Shown: positions 25,005 to 39,020, counted from the first letter of the stretch. The stretch: DNA of 64,000 nt from Octopus sinensis (GCF_006345805.1 NC_043015.1:49104001-49168000); one strand, 5' to 3'. The notes: generated by a model not told the origin, from the letters alone. Program-made: numbers and translations.

Positions 25005-26629
25005 AGAAGTTAAGAAGTGGAAGCTTGTAAAGCAAAGTTTCAAACATCCCAAAGATAAACCTCTGTACTTGACTTTCATTGACATGGGGAAAGCCTTTGA
25101 TAGGGTCATTATCTGGTGGTCATTGCAGAAACTAGGGATAGATGAATGGTTGGTGAGAGCTGTACAAGCCATGTACAAGGATGCTGTCAGTAAGGTGAGG
25201 GTTGGCAATGAGTATAGTGAAGAATTTCTGGTAGATGTTGGGATCCACCAAGGAGCCATCCCACTTGTTCATAGTCCTCCAGGCAATAATAGAGAAATTC
25301 AAGGCAGGCTGCCCCTGGGAGCTCCTTTATGCTTATGACCTTGCTCTAATAACTGAGTCACTGCCAGAACTAGAGGTGTAGTTTCATGTGTGGAAGCAAG
25401 GTCTAGAATCAAAGGGCCTTAGAGTCAATCTAGCGAAAACCAAAGTCTTAAGTAGGGAGGCAGACAAATCATAAATCCCTTCAGGTAAATGGCCCTGCTC
25501 GATCTGCAGAAAAGGTGTAGGTAGAAACTCCATAAGATGTACCTGGTGTAAGCTATGGACACGTAAGAGGTGCTGCAATGTCAAAGGAAGGTTAACTGGG
25601 AAGATAGTTTTTGTGTGTGGCAGATGCACAGGGATTTAGTAAACACCAAAGATGTACAGAAAACAGATTCCATCACATGCCAGGTGGACAAACTAGAAGT
25701 AGGTGACCAAGTCAGTAGCAGGGGTGGATGCTCTGAGAGCATAGCTGCTAGAATAAGAATAGCCTAGGCAAAAAGTTTGGAGAGCTACCTCTGCTGGTAA
25801 CAAAGGGCCTCTCACTCAGAGTGAAAGGTAGACTGTATGAAGCATGTGTGCGAACAGCCATGCTACATGGCAGTGAAATATGGGCTGTGATTACTGAGGA
25901 CAGGCATAGGCTTGAAAGAGATGAAGCTATTGTGCTCTGCTGGATATGTAATGTCTGTGCATACACAACAGAGTGCAAGTACCTGAGAGAAAAGTTGGAC
26001 GTAAGAAGCATCAGATGTGGTGTGAAAGAGAGACAACTGTGCTGGTATGGCCATGAGTTGCATATGGATGAGGACAGTTGTGTGAAGAAGTGTTGCACCC
26101 TAACAGTGGAAGGAACCTGGGGTGAGGTGGTGAAGCACGACCTTTGAATATCGGGCCTCATGGGCAATGACAAGTGACCAAGACCTTTGGAGATATGCTA
26201 TGCTTGAAAAGACCTGGCTTGCCAAGTGAGATTGTATCCGCGACTGATGCCAGTGTTGCATAGCTGACCCGTTTAAAAGTACCCTTCAACTGTCGGGCAA
26301 TATGCTGTGCTTGAGAAGACCTGTTGAGTCAAGTGAAGTCATTGTGGCCGATGCCAGTGCCACCTGACTGGCTCTTGTGCCGGTGGTTTGTAAAAATCTC
26401 CACTCAAGCAAGGCCAATGCCAGTGGTGCCTGAGTAGCCCCTGTGCCAACGGCACGTAAAAAGCACCCACTACACTCTCGGAGAGGTTGGCATTAGGAAA
26501 GGCATCCAGCTGTAGAAACCTTGTCGGAACAGATTGGAGCCTGGCACAGCCTCCCAGCTTGCCAGTCCTCAGTCAAACCGTCCAACCTATGCCAGCATGG
26601 AAAGCAGATGTTAAACGATGATGATGATG
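25005..26629 (+). mobile_element. 5'-truncated RTE LINE with 3' UTR and (GAT)n tail
   Basis: FIDMGKAFDRV, GRLYEACVRTAMLHGSE; broken frames. Confidence 0.9.
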
Positions 26630-26930
26630 TAGAGCAACCCCCTCCCACCCAAATATCATATGATTGATTGTAGTATGAAATTGGTTCTCACCACACTCCA
26701 AACCTTCAGCCTCCAGATCTGCCACTACTATAATGGCCTCCACTCATCAGAGCTGGTTGGTCTTATACTACCGTCACTCAAAAACTCACCAACTCCCTCA
26801 TCACTCCTGTTAGTCTCCTAGAGGCTTTTACATTAACCACTACACCAGTCCTCCTTCCCTACCAGCAAGACAGCAGTGTGGATACACTGTGGAAGAGGGC
26901 TAGACAGGTCCCCATTTTTGCTGAGAAGGA

Positions 26931-27155
26931 CTGGTCTTCCCCAAGCACAGCATATCACCACTGGGTCTTCCCCAAGCACAGCATATCACCATTGGGTCTT
27001 CCCCGAGCACAGCATATCACCACTGGGTCTTCCCCAAGCACAGCATATCACCACTGGGTCTTCCCCAAGCACAGCATATCACCATTGGGTCTTCCCCGAG
27101 CACAGCATATCACCACTGGGTCTTCCCCAAGCACAGCGTATCACCGCTGGGTCTC
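26931..27155. repeat. 31-bp minisatellite, 7 units
   Basis: gtcttccccaagcacagcatatcaccactgg repeated. Confidence 0.95.
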
Positions 27156-27400
27156 TACTGCCATATATGTTTGTAAAATCTCCACCATCTACCTAAATGT
27201 CACAGCTTTCAGCAGCGAGCTGGCAGAAACAGCACACTGGGCAAAATACTAAGCAATGTTTCGTCTGTCTTTACATTTCATCCTTCCAGGGGTCAATAAA
27301 TTAAGCCCCAGTTGCGTACTGGGGGGGTCGATCTAATCAACTGGCCCCTTCCCCAAAAACTTCAGGCCTTGAGTAGAAAAGAAAAGTTTTCATTGTTTCT

Positions 27401-27782
27401 TTGTCTTATGAAGAAAGGTTGAAGACGCTCGACCTTTATTCTCTAGAAAAACGCCGCCACCGTGGAGATCTCATTCTTGCTCACAACATCATAAGCGGAA
27501 AGTGTAACCTCGAAAGAGATGTTCTTCACTCCTGCTCCAGAGCGTCGGCTGCGGGGTCATTCCGAAAAGCTCTATCTGCGACGATTTCATCTTAATCGAA
27601 GGAGAGGGGCTTTCTCGGTCCGGGTTGCGGATCCGTGGAATAAGATGCCGACGACCGCTTGGTTCAAAGTCTCCCTTGACCTCAAGTGGCCTGAACTCTT
27701 TACATGAACACCACCCTGTACATAACTCCACGTCCCCCTACATGGCCTTGCTTTTTGAGCCAAAAAATTAACTAACTAACTA
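27401..27782 (+). mobile_element. CR1-like LINE 3' fragment with (TAAC)n tail
   Basis: SYEERLKTLDLYSLEKRRHRGDLILAHNII. Confidence 0.85.
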
Positions 27783-27880
27783 TTCTCTTTTTGTTTCCTA
27801 TATCTACTCTGTTAATTTTTATCTTCTCCAAGACATAATCGTTTGTTTTCTCATAACATGATTTCTTTACTGCTCCTTAG

Positions 27881-27985
27881 GTTGAACAGTTTTGGTCCCT
27901 CTACAGCCATTTACTCCGACCAACAGATCTACCAGGACACAGTGACTATCATATATTCAAAGATGGTATCCGGCCAATGTGGGAA
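27881..27985 (+). CDS. EIF4E2: eIF4E2 coding exon
   Basis: AG/GT bounded, 105 nt: VEQFWSLYSHLLRPTDLPGHSDYHIFKDGIRPMWE (eIF4E VEQFW and PMWE motifs). Confidence 0.96.
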
Positions 27986-28169
27986 GTACGTAGTGTTACA
28001 GTCTTTTCTCTTGTAGATCCTTGTAATCTTTTACTGGATTCAGGAACTATTGTTGTTGATGTTGTTAGATTGAGATGTCACTAGTTTGGCTGGATTTTTA
28101 TTTCATTTATGTATAAGTCCACCTCAGCATAAAAATATGTCATTTACATAGAATCATCATCACCATTAT

Positions 28170-28885
28170 CATTAAATGTCTGTTTTCCATGTGACAAGAG
28201 TTGGGCAACTTCCCAACTGCCACAAGGTATTTTTCTTCAGTGCAGTCCCTTGCTTAACACACACACACATGTATACACAGTCATATACACGTCTGCACAC
28301 AATTGCATGCAATCACACATTTATGCACAATCATCATACATACATACATGCATGTATATGCAATCATCATCATCACCGTTTAACGTCCACTTTCCATGCT
28401 GGCATGGGTTGGAAGGTTTGGCTGAGGGCTGGCAAGCCAGAAGGCTGCACTGGGCTCCAATCTGATCTGGCAAGGTTTCTACAGCTTGATGCCCTTCCTA
28501 AAGCCAACCACTCTGAGAGTGTGGTGGGTGCTTTTTATGTGCCACTGGCACAGGTGTCAGTCAGGCAGCACTGGCAATGGCCACATTCAAATGGTGCTTT
28601 TTTATGTGCGATCAGCACCGGACCAGTCAGGTGGCACTGGTAGTGACCACACTGAAATGGTGCTTCTTACATGTCACTGGCACAGGTACCTGTCAGGCAG
28701 TACTGGCATCGGCCAGAACAATGACTTCACTTGCCTCAACAGGTCTTTGCAAGCACAGTTTATTGCCCAATGATTGAAGGGTACTCTTAAATAGGCCAGC
28801 TTTGCTGCCCTGGCATAGACCACAGTTATGGTCTCACTTGGCTTGCAGGGTCTTCTCAAGCACAGCATATCTCTAAAGGTCTCGG
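28170..28885 (-). mobile_element. RTE LINE 3' UTR fragment(s)
   Basis: Reverse match to the 3' UTR of the 25005 and 50170 elements. Confidence 0.75.
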
Positions 28886-29555
28886 TCGCTTACACTGACA
28901 CACATGCACTCAAACACACACACATACACTTATACACAATCCCACACACACACACACATGTATATACTCATGCTGAGCTTCTGCACAGTTTTTATTTCTC
29001 GTATTTCACTCACAATTGCTGATCAGTGGGATGGGATTGAACCAGAAGCCATGTGCCTTGAAGTGAACTCCTCGATCTTCTTTCTCCCTTCTTTTGGTCC
29101 TTTCTCATTGTAAAGCTCTGCCAATTTGAACATTTTCACATCAACTTGGGATACATGATTTATAACCAGAATATAAACTGCTCTACACTGAACCACAATT
29201 GGGCGTGGTTATTGAGGAAAACAAACTAAAATGCTAGTTTAAAGGTATATCATTTGGCCTCTGGTCAGCTCTTATTGAACAGACCAATAAACTGCAGTGG
29301 TTACAGTCCATAAATTTATCATTTGTTGTTGTTTAATACCCCACTTTTCCATGGTTGCATGGGTCAGACAGAATTTGTTGGGCGAGATTCTCTATGGCTG
29401 AATGCCCTTCCTGTTGCCAACCCTCACTTGTTTCTGAGCAAGGTAATATCTCCCCCAGGACCAGGCATGTTTCCACAGAAGACTGGAACTGGGACACTGC
29501 TAGCACGACGGGGACACCTGTTTACAACTATCACATGAAATTGAGGCAACGAGAC

Positions 29556-29606
<51 letters not shown>

Positions 29607-30314
29607 CACACCAACACGCACGCACACTAACGCATACACACACACACACACACACACACACGCATATGATGGATTTCTTTCACTTTTCATCTACCAAATC
29701 CACTTACAAGACTTTGGTCAACCTGTGGCTATAGAAGAAGGCACTTGCCCATGGTGCTGTGCAGTGGGACTGAAACAGAAACCATATGGTCTAACAAAAA
29801 AATTAGATGCAATCATGGCTGTGTAGTTAAGAAGTTTGCTTTCCAATTACATAGTTCCAGGTTCAGTCCTACTTATGGTGCCTTGGACAAGTGTTCTCTA
29901 CTATAGCCCTGGACTGACCAATGCATTGTAAGTAAATTTAGTAAGACAGAAAACTAAAAAAAAGAGTCCGTTGTGTGTGTGTTTGTGTCCCCTTGTCTTG
30001 ACGTTGCATGATTGTTGTAAATGAATGTCACTCATTTCCAATATTCTGTGAAAATGTGTCTGGCCACGGGGACATACTACCTTGCATGGAAATAAACGTG
30101 ACTTGGTGGCAAGAAGGGCATCTGGACATAAAAAATTTTTTTTCCATAATAAACTTTGTCCAAATCATGTCAACGTGGAAGAGTGGATGCTAAACTAATG
30201 ATGATGAAAATAAATTTTAAGATTCTTCTGTAGATTTTGATGAAAGTTGTACTGTTTTTATTGTATTTAGTAAATTTGATTCTAATTTTTTTTGTTTGTG
30301 GTTTTTCTCTACAG

Positions 30315-30467
30315 GACTCCGCCAACAAAGATGGTGGGAAATGGATAATTCGGTTAAAAAAAGGATTAGCAGCTCGTTGCTGGGAAAACTTGATATTAGC
30401 CATGTTAGGAGAGCAATTTATGGTTGGTGAAGAAATTTGTGGTGCTGTGTTATCGGTGCGATATCAG
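30315..30467 (+). CDS. EIF4E2: eIF4E2 coding exon
   Basis: AG/GT bounded, 153 nt: DSANKDGGKWIIRLKKGLAARCWENLILAMLGEQFMVGEEICGAVLSVRYQ. Confidence 0.97.
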
Positions 30468-30806
30468 GTATGTAATATTTTCTATATCAGTATTAATCAA
30501 TGTCAGGTATAACACACATTCATCATCATCATCATTTAACATCCATTGTCCATGCTGGCATGGGTTGGACAGTGTGACCAGGTGGGCTGCATCAGACTCC
30601 AGTCTGATTTGGTATGGTTTCTTTGGTTGGATGCTCTTCCCAACGCCAACCATTCCGAGAGGGTAATGGGTGCTTTTACGTGCCACCAGGTGTATAATGC
30701 TTTCTATTTCAGTACCAAATTGCTTGAATATCAACTTTGCTGAATTCTTTATTTGAAATGTAGTACTTATAGAGTATGATGTACACAAGTACTAGATACA
30801 ATATGC

Positions 30807-31080
30807 CTAGTACTTGTGTTACATAGTGACTAGTACTTGCGTTACACAGTGGCTAGTACTTGCGTTACACAGTGGCTAGTACTTGCGTTACACAGTGGCT
30901 AGTACTTGCGTTACACAGTGGCTAGTACTTGCGTTACACAGTGGCTAGTACTTGCGTTACACAGTGGCTAGTACTCGCGTTACACAGTGGCTAGTACTCG
31001 CGATACACAGTGGCTAGTACTCGCAATACACAGTGGCTAGCACTCGCATTACACAGTGGCTAGTTCTTGCGTTACACAGG
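30807..31080. repeat. 23-bp minisatellite, about 12 units, in an EIF4E2 intron
   Basis: ctagtacttgcgttacacagtgg repeated. Confidence 0.95.
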
Positions 31081-31335
31081 GAAAGTGGATGACAATGATT
31101 CAGATTGACATTTGATATTAATACTGCTTCCATCATTAATATTGATTATTCTTTACAACAGTATTTTTATATATAATTCTGTTTTAAGTTTCACAAATAG
31201 TTAGTTTAGCATAGGTATAATAGTTATGATCTTCTCTTAATATAATGTTTTCCATGTAATATCCAACAATATTCCAAATCCCTCCCTGAAAGCAAAATTG
31301 TAATTTTCGTATATTTTTTTCTGTTGTATTTTCAG

Positions 31336-31472
31336 GAAGATATTCTGTCCCTCTGGAACCGAACGGCAAATGATGCAATAACCACTTCACGCATACGCGA
31401 CACATTGAAACGCGTCCTTAACTTACCTCCAAATACTATTATAGAGTATAAGATGCACGTTGACAGTATAAA
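31336..31472 (+). CDS. EIF4E2: eIF4E2 coding exon
   Basis: ttcAG acceptor, GTTAGT donor, 137 nt: EDILSLWNRTANDAITTSRIRDTLKRVLNLPPNTIIEYKMHVDSI+aa. Confidence 0.95.
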
Positions 31473-34386
31473 GTTAGTTCCTGAAAGACTTAGAATTCTA
31501 CTGAAATAGTTTTATTTTCATTTTATTCTTTACATTCAGTGTATGTTTGTATTTTCTTTTTATTCTTAGTTCACCATTCTGCTGCCTCATACCTCTTTCT
31601 GCCTTTAATATCTTAGTTTTGTATTATTTGCTTTTGGACCAGTTCCAGAGATTTACAGTTATTCTTGTAAAGTGGGTGTGTTTTTTTTTTTTCTTCTCTT
31701 GTTTCAATTCTATTTAAGAAAATTACAAAAAAAAGAAACCGTTTTTCTCTTAATTACTATGATTCATTTATAATAGTTAGCTTGAATTTTCGTGCATCTA
31801 CTTGATATATCTCTGCTGGCAAAATTAACTCAGAGGTTAGTTACCTTATTCTTTTAATATCCAACATTTGTGTTGTTGGTGATAATTTACCTGTAGTTTA
31901 CCTTTGCAAACAAGCCAAAGAAGTGGCCGTTTCCATCATTCAATACAAAATCACATCACATCACATTGAAAAAATATTTCACTGTAAAAGATTGATTTCT
32001 CAAAATCAAAGTTCAAATGGCTACATACAAAAGTTATTTGAAAAAAAACCCCCCAAAAAAAAAACAATTTTATATTACGGAACTGAATATTAGCCACTAC
32101 ATCATGTGGTTTTTATATCAGTTTCAGCAATGAATTAGCAATAATATCTTTGGAAGTTATCTTCTATTTTATGTCTTTGATGTTATATGGTAAACTAGGA
32201 TTTGGTGCTGAATTCTTTTCATTCAAATTTGGTAGTATTAGTTTGACATCTAATTATTAATTAATATCGAGATAAATTACATTTCTCTCTATATCCAACT
32301 TTGCTCTGTTTTTTTTATTTATTTTCTTTCCTTACATATTGGAGCATTCCTTTTTGCTTGTAATACTTAGTTCTTTCTTTCTTTTTTTTCTCTTCTTTAT
32401 CCTTTACAATTATCAAACCCCTTTTATGTAGGTTTCATGAGAAAATCAGTCAAACTATGTCTCCCTTCTTTAGTTTATTCTTGCCTTGATTGTTTCTCTT
32501 TTGTTATTAACATTTCACCAGAAACAATTTTTTTTTTTATCTCTTTGCAATTTGAAGTTGATTTTTAAATGTTCAGAAATGATGCTTCGTGTATTGTTTT
32601 TCATTAATTTTCTCAGAGTTTATTAATATTTGTGATTTAAAAAAAAAAAAGAAAAGAAAAAATGCACAAAATTAAATGTGGAACTATACAAAGAAATCTC
32701 TTTAAAGCATGTACAGATATTTCATTAGTTTTACACATCAGATCTATTAGTTCAATATTTTTTTTTAATTACTGCACCTGTTGATGGTCCATTAATTAAA
32801 TACTCTTTTATACAAACATTTTTGGATTTTGTTGTTATTTATTCTCATTAACATAATTAGAAATTGTTTTTTGTTAATTGTTGCTGTCAATGAATTAGAT
32901 GCTGCTTTTTTAGGGAACTACACCAAACTGTTTTATTTTTCTCTCACTTTCAAAGTCAGATGTATGGTATAGTATACCTTCAGTTTGTTACATAACACAG
33001 TGTTATTCTGATGATCTACTTACAATCAATATTTTCTTAAAAAGATCGTTTTTAAACCTAGAGTTTCTGAGGATTAGAAAAACAGATTAGTGGCTTTCTG
33101 ATCTGCTTTAGCATCTTGTGTTCCTTAGCTCTCACTAGGGCCAAGTTTGCCATTCTGCCCTCTGGCATCATAAGATAAACTGCCTCCAGAACACACAGGT
33201 TGATTTCTTCTAATACATTGTAGTAGATTTTGTACTAACCCCTCAGCAATCAGCAAGAGTCAGTTACGTCTACAAATGAAATCACTGTAAATTTAAGATG
33301 CGTAGAAAGGAAGAAAAAAGGGATGAGAAAGTAAGAATCATTTTCATAAATCTACTGATTTTGAGTTGGAAAATGAAGTGAAATAGCATTCTGAAAACTG
33401 AGTCAATCATGATGTTCTGGCATTCAGTATCTCACTGGCTGTCCATTCCGTATTGTGATAATTTAGAATAGTTTGTATGAGAACAGCAAAATAAGGAAAA
33501 CTGTAATGTCTGTCCTTGTAGCATATATGCATTTTTTTTGTTCCTCTTTTATTATTAACACCATTCCAAACCCTCATGAACCTTTTTCCTGCTTACCCTT
33601 AGAGCAACATTTTTCAACCTGCTTTTTTATATATTTATATATTAGCAACATTAGGTTTTTTTTTTTTTTCCCTTTCTTTATCTCCTCTTTGTAAACATTC
33701 CTCTCACACTCTATCATATTCTTTCTTTCTTTTTTTTTTTTTTTACTGCACACAACTCATGTTTGTTAGCCTATTTATCTTGTCTGCTGCCATTCCTGAA
33801 AGTTGCTCATTTAAATAATGTCAAACTGACAACAAATGGTGCCAAGATTAACACTAACCACAACTATTTTCAGGATTTTCCGTTTGGATACCAAATGAAA
33901 ACTGCTGAAAGATTTACAATAATTTATTTTCTGATTTAAAAAAAAAAAAAATTTTTTTTTTTTTTAGGTGTTTATTTTTATATAGCTAGGATGTTTTCTG
34001 AATGAAATACCGTTTTAGAGGTCAACATAACTTGGTTCTCTAAAACAACATGCAAAAATTGCTGTAGCAATATCTTTTTATTTGTTACAAAAACTATGAT
34101 AGCGTCAACACATGTTCTTTGTGAGACATGTATGAAAAAAAAACTCACAAACACTTAAGATCACAAACTCTATCATATATATAATATATGTAATGCATTA
34201 ATATATTTTATACATATATATAAAATATTGAATAAATTATATATATGTATAAAATATTAATAAATTATATATATATATATATAAAATATTAATATATTAT
34301 TAATTTAAACAAGAGCTAGGCTATATGTCAGTCTGCTACACTATTAAATTAATTCTAATACCCATTTTCTTTCCTTCTCTCTTCAG

Positions 34387-34429
34387 AGACAACTCCAGTT
34401 ACAGAAATACTGATGTATTTCTGAAATGA
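34387..34429 (+). CDS. EIF4E2: eIF4E2 terminal coding exon
   Basis: Long pyrimidine tract + cttcAG; phase-2 join gives K-DNSSYRNTDVFLK*, resembling the DNSS(F/Y)RN tail of 4EHP isoforms; AATAAA downstream. Confidence 0.85.
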
Positions 34430-34597
34430 CATTATAAGAACTTCTGCTGAGCTTGAAATGATGCCATCCTAGATATTGGACATCTTGTTTCTGTAGCAGA
34501 GCGTTATAGCTCTGCCGTAACATTTCACTTCTTGCATTCTTCCATTCCCAAACAATTTCTACTTGTTCTCCTTTCCCTCTTTCTCTTTCTCTTTCCT

Positions 34598-34661
34598 AAT
34601 AAATTATTTTCACTTGTGTCCATTATAAACATATTCTATTTGTTAATACTAATTAAATAAA
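34598..34661 (+). promoter_or_regulatory. Candidate polyadenylation signals of EIF4E2
   Basis: AATAAA at 34598-34603 and 34656-34661, 170-230 nt after the stop codon. Confidence 0.5.
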
Positions 34662-36589
34662 TGCATACATGTACAAGAACAGTTTGCACATATTTTTGAA
34701 ATTCCCTGATTACCTGGAATTGTTGCTGTTTAGATGTAAAGGTAGACTTATTTTTGATGTATTTAAAAAGAAGAAAAAAATAATAATAATAATAATATAT
34801 ATACCTGCATCTTAAAGAATGAGTTGAACACGGAAGAAATTATCTTTTAAACATTTCTAAGAAAAGGACGGTAAAAATGCAAAAAATAAAATGTTTAAAG
34901 CAATTTTCGAATGTCTGGACATGTGTCAAGTGTGATTCTTACCACCAAAAATTGGGTCAGTTTTGAAGAAGAGAACCTCCTCCTAAAATTATTTGTACAC
35001 CAATTAATTGCTAGTGTTGACACTGAGATCTTACACAGTATGACTGAATAATCAAATTAAAATATTGAACTTTCATTTTTTTTTTTTTTTCCTTTTTTTC
35101 CCATTTTGTTGCTATCTGCCTCACCTGAAGAACCAGACAATTGAATGCTTTTATTTTCAAGGAATAACAAAAGGCAGTGAGCTGAAAAAATTGGTACCAG
35201 ACCAGATAGAATGCTTAGAAGCATTTCTTCCTGTGCTTCACATTGCGGGTTCAGATGCTGCCAAGGTTGAATTCGTCTTTCATTGTTTCAGGTTTGGTAA
35301 AATAAGCACCAGTTGAACACTGGGGTCGGTAGAATCAACTGTCCCTTCCCCTCAAAATTACTTGCCTTGTGTCAAAATTGGGAAGAATTACTAAGGAAGG
35401 GCGTGGAGGCACATGGCCTAGTGGTTAAAGCAGCGGACTCACAGTCGAGGGATCACAGGTTCAAATCTCAGACCAGGCAATGTGTGTGTTTATGAGCAAA
35501 ACACCTAAGCTCCACGTGTCTCTGGCAGAATCTTTCGATACAACTTTCTCTCACTCTTTCCTCCTGCATCTTGCAGCTCACCTGCGACAGACCAGCGTCC
35601 CGTCCAGGTGGGGAACCTATACGCCAAGGAAACCGGCCCTATGAGCCAGGCATGGCTTGAGAAGAAACAAACAACAATTACGGAAGGGCAGTGGGTTTGT
35701 ACAATTGGTAGAGCATTGGTCAAAATGTTCTGTGATATTTGTTCTGGTCTTTTACATTCTGAGTTCAAATCCCATCCAGGTCAACAAAGTACCAGTGAGT
35801 TGTGTTCTTGGGAAGTTCGCTTCTCAGCCATGTGGTCTAAGGTTCACTTCCACTGCATAGCACCTTGGGAAAGTTTCTTTTATGATAACTCCAGGTTGAG
35901 CAAAGCCATGTGAGTCACTTCGGTAGATGGAAACTGAAAGAATCCCTTTGTGTGTGTTATAAAGGGTTTCTTAGAGCAAACTGTGGTTATTCTTTTAAGG
36001 ACAATCTCAAATACTCACCTCACCACTAAGTGTAAAACTGGAAGCATTGAGAATTGAAACCTTCCTCATGCTATTACAACTGCGCTGGGCTGGTTGTGTC
36101 ATCAGTATGATTGACGAAAGAATACTAAAAACCCTCATGTATAGCCCGCTTGATAATGGACACATGTTGGACAACCATTGCTAAAGTATGGAGACAGACT
36201 AGAGAGTAATCTTTTAGCAATCAATGTACCCTACGAGACTTTTAAGCAATTGGCCTGGAACAGAAAGACTTGAGATCTATGTGTCAAGATGGAATTAGTG
36301 ACTTTGAATCCGGCTGTATCCATCAGCTACGAGGATTATGAGGAAGGACAAGTTATTTCACGTTAAAGTTCTCGTATTTCAGTAATTTCAACCAATCAAC
36401 AATGTGTATTCAACTAAATAAAATTACTGCTGTCGTTTGTCAACAAAAACTTCCAGCGGTGTATATTTCGTTTGTCACTGTTATTTATGACAACCCTAAT
36501 CTTAAAACCAGTACAAATGCACAAACAATGTCATAAATAACAGTGACAAACGAAAAATACAGATCCAGTGGGTTCAAAGACTGCATCAA

Positions 36590-36856
36590 ACTCCACTGTC
36601 TGTTCAAAATGGGAAACTACCACCTGTGTCATCTCTTGTGAAAGGTAGGAGAGTCCAGTTTGCTGGACATTGTTGTAGAGCTGAAGCCATCTACTCGCAA
36701 TATCAGAGGGCGCTCACTCTCCTACCCTGATGTAATCTCCAGGGATACAGGCATCCAGCAACAGGACCTCCGTAATGCCATGATGGACCGTGAAGTCTGG
36801 CGTAGCATGGTAAATTCCATTGTCTCGACCACGGTCGAACAATGATGATGATGATG
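36590..36856 (+). mobile_element. 3' end of a second RTE-like LINE family
   Basis: ...LRNAMMDREVWRSMV C-terminus followed by a (GAT)n tail. Confidence 0.7.
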
Positions 36857-37049
36857 TCTGTTCTAGCATGGCTTTGATGGCTGGATGTCCTTCCTAATGC
36901 CAACAACTTTACAGGTGTACAAAGTATTTTTGGTGTAGCACCATCATTTGTAAGATTGTTATGGGTTAGATGGATATTATTGAGGCAGATTTTTTTACAA
37001 CTAAGTGAACCTTTCTGTTGCCAGCCCTCACCTGTTTCCTAGCAAGGTA

Positions 37050-38129
37050 TTGGGTTGTCCGGAAAGTTTGTGCTGATTTTTTAAAGGTAAGAAAAAGGTC
37101 AATAAATAGTTGCCATTACATTTTTAATCAACCAAATATGAACCATTTTGTTGCACAATGCGTCTCCATCTTTCCTTTAATATGAAAATACCCTCTTCCC
37201 AGAACTAAGGTGGTTTCATGGCAAACAATTCATCAAGGTATCTTTTTACGTCCTCCAAGGAATCAAAATTTTTATCATTAAGACTATTCTGCAGAGAATA
37301 GTGGAAATCCGAAGGAGCAATATCTGGTGAGTATGGAGGGTGGGGTAATACATATCAGCCGAGCTGCAGCAATTTTTGTCTAGTTCCGAAAGCATCAAGT
37401 GCCAAAAATGAACTTTCTTATCTTCCATTTTAAAGCGTTACAGAATTAACACAGGTTATCTTCTCTCTATATATAAACGGCAGTTTGTCTGTCCGTGTGT
37501 CTGTCAGGTTGTACCCTCACCCTAACCACGGCTTTCAACCGATTCTGATGAAACTTGACACACACATAGCCCAATGTCATAATTCAAAACCAATGCAGTG
37601 AAAATTTTGAAAAATCTCCCCAGTTCTGAAAAAAATCGTTAAATTCGACATGGGGGTCGAGAATCTAAGCTTTTTATTTGCAACACATTTTCTGTTGTAG
37701 TTTTCGCAACTTGCAATCGATTTTCACCAAACTCATGGTGAAGCTTAATGTTACCCTAAGGAACTTAATTCTGACGTTAGTTTTCCATGCAATACCTTAC
37801 CATCAGAAAAAATCGATAAAATCGTGCCATTTTGGGAAATCGCGTTCAAATTCAAGATGACATATTTTCGACAGCATCTTTCACAAATTGGCAGGAATTT
37901 TTTTAAAATTCACAGCAAGCATCATGTCTGCTCCAGGGGCTCTTACATACCCGGGCAATGCCGGGCTATGCTGCTAGTAGGAACATAAACCTTCTTCCAT
38001 GAAAAGATGGCTTAAACTGTGCTCTAAATGGAGGTGTAGTCAAATCCTATTTTATGGACTCAACCATGTTCTAAAATAAGTCGAAAGTTAAGCTACTATA
38101 AATCAGCATGAACTTTCCAGACAACCCAA
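37050..38129 (-). mobile_element. Internally deleted mariner with both TIRs
   Basis: TA|TTGGGTTGTCCGGAAAGTT ... AACTTTCCAGACAACCCAA|TA; minus strand encodes PHPPYSPDIAPSDFH. Confidence 0.9.
37459..37977 (+). mobile_element. Second non-autonomous Helitron-like family, nested in a mariner
   Basis: A|TC...CCCGGGCAATGCCGGG...CTAG|T. Confidence 0.8.
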
Positions 38130-38732
38130 TATTTTTGTAGAAAATTGGAAATGAGTGGTGCTGACATTTGTTTACAATGTCAAACAGAGACACAAACATA
38201 CACATACTCAGATGTACATGTGTGTGCACACACACACACACATGTAATTAAAGGTGTTTTTCATTACCCCAGGGTCACAAAAATGTAACAATGTAATTTA
38301 GATGAGAGAAGTCAAAGTTAACAACGAAGTTTGAATGATGATGGGTAAAGGGTATAGCCCATGAATGACCATGGGATTGCACCTAGAAAGTTCCCCTCCT
38401 AGGCACAAGTCTTGGTAAGGTTGCTTATGGAAGACCAGCAGTTGCCCATGCATACCAGCCTCCCCTCTTCCTGCCACCGATGTTATCGAAGGGAAAGGCA
38501 AAGGGGCCAGTACAGCTTGGCACCAGTGATGTTGCAACTCATTTCTACAGCTGAGTGAACTGGAGCAAGGTGAAATAAAGTGTCTTGCTCAAGAACACAG
38601 CCCAGTCCAGGAATTGAACTCACTACCTCATGATTGTGAGCCTGATGCTCTAACCACTGAGCCATGCGCCTTCACATGATGGTGAGGATGCTGAGAAATG
38701 AATGAGTGAAGAAAAATTAATAATGAAGTTCT

Positions 38733-38952
38733 CTTTTACTTGTTTTAGTCATTTGACTGCGGCCATGCTGGAGCACCGTCTTTAGTCGAGCAAATTGACC
38801 CCAGGACTTATTTTTTGGAAGCCTAATACTTATTCTATCGGTCACTTTTGCCGAACTGCTAAGTTACGGGGACGTAAACACACCAGCATCAGTTGTCAAG
38901 CGATGTTGGGGGGACAAATACAGACACACAAACATACACACACACACACACA

Positions 38953-39020
<68 letters not shown>

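Noticed and set aside
26876-27252. Repetitive ORFs and a CRISPR-like appearance
   Set aside because: Pure tandem 31-mers with no unique spacers; eukaryotic minisatellite.
37543-37556. CTGATGAAAC in a Helitron
   Set aside because: No stem II between CUGAUGA and GAAA; it is the common 'gattctgatgaaactt' internal motif of such elements.
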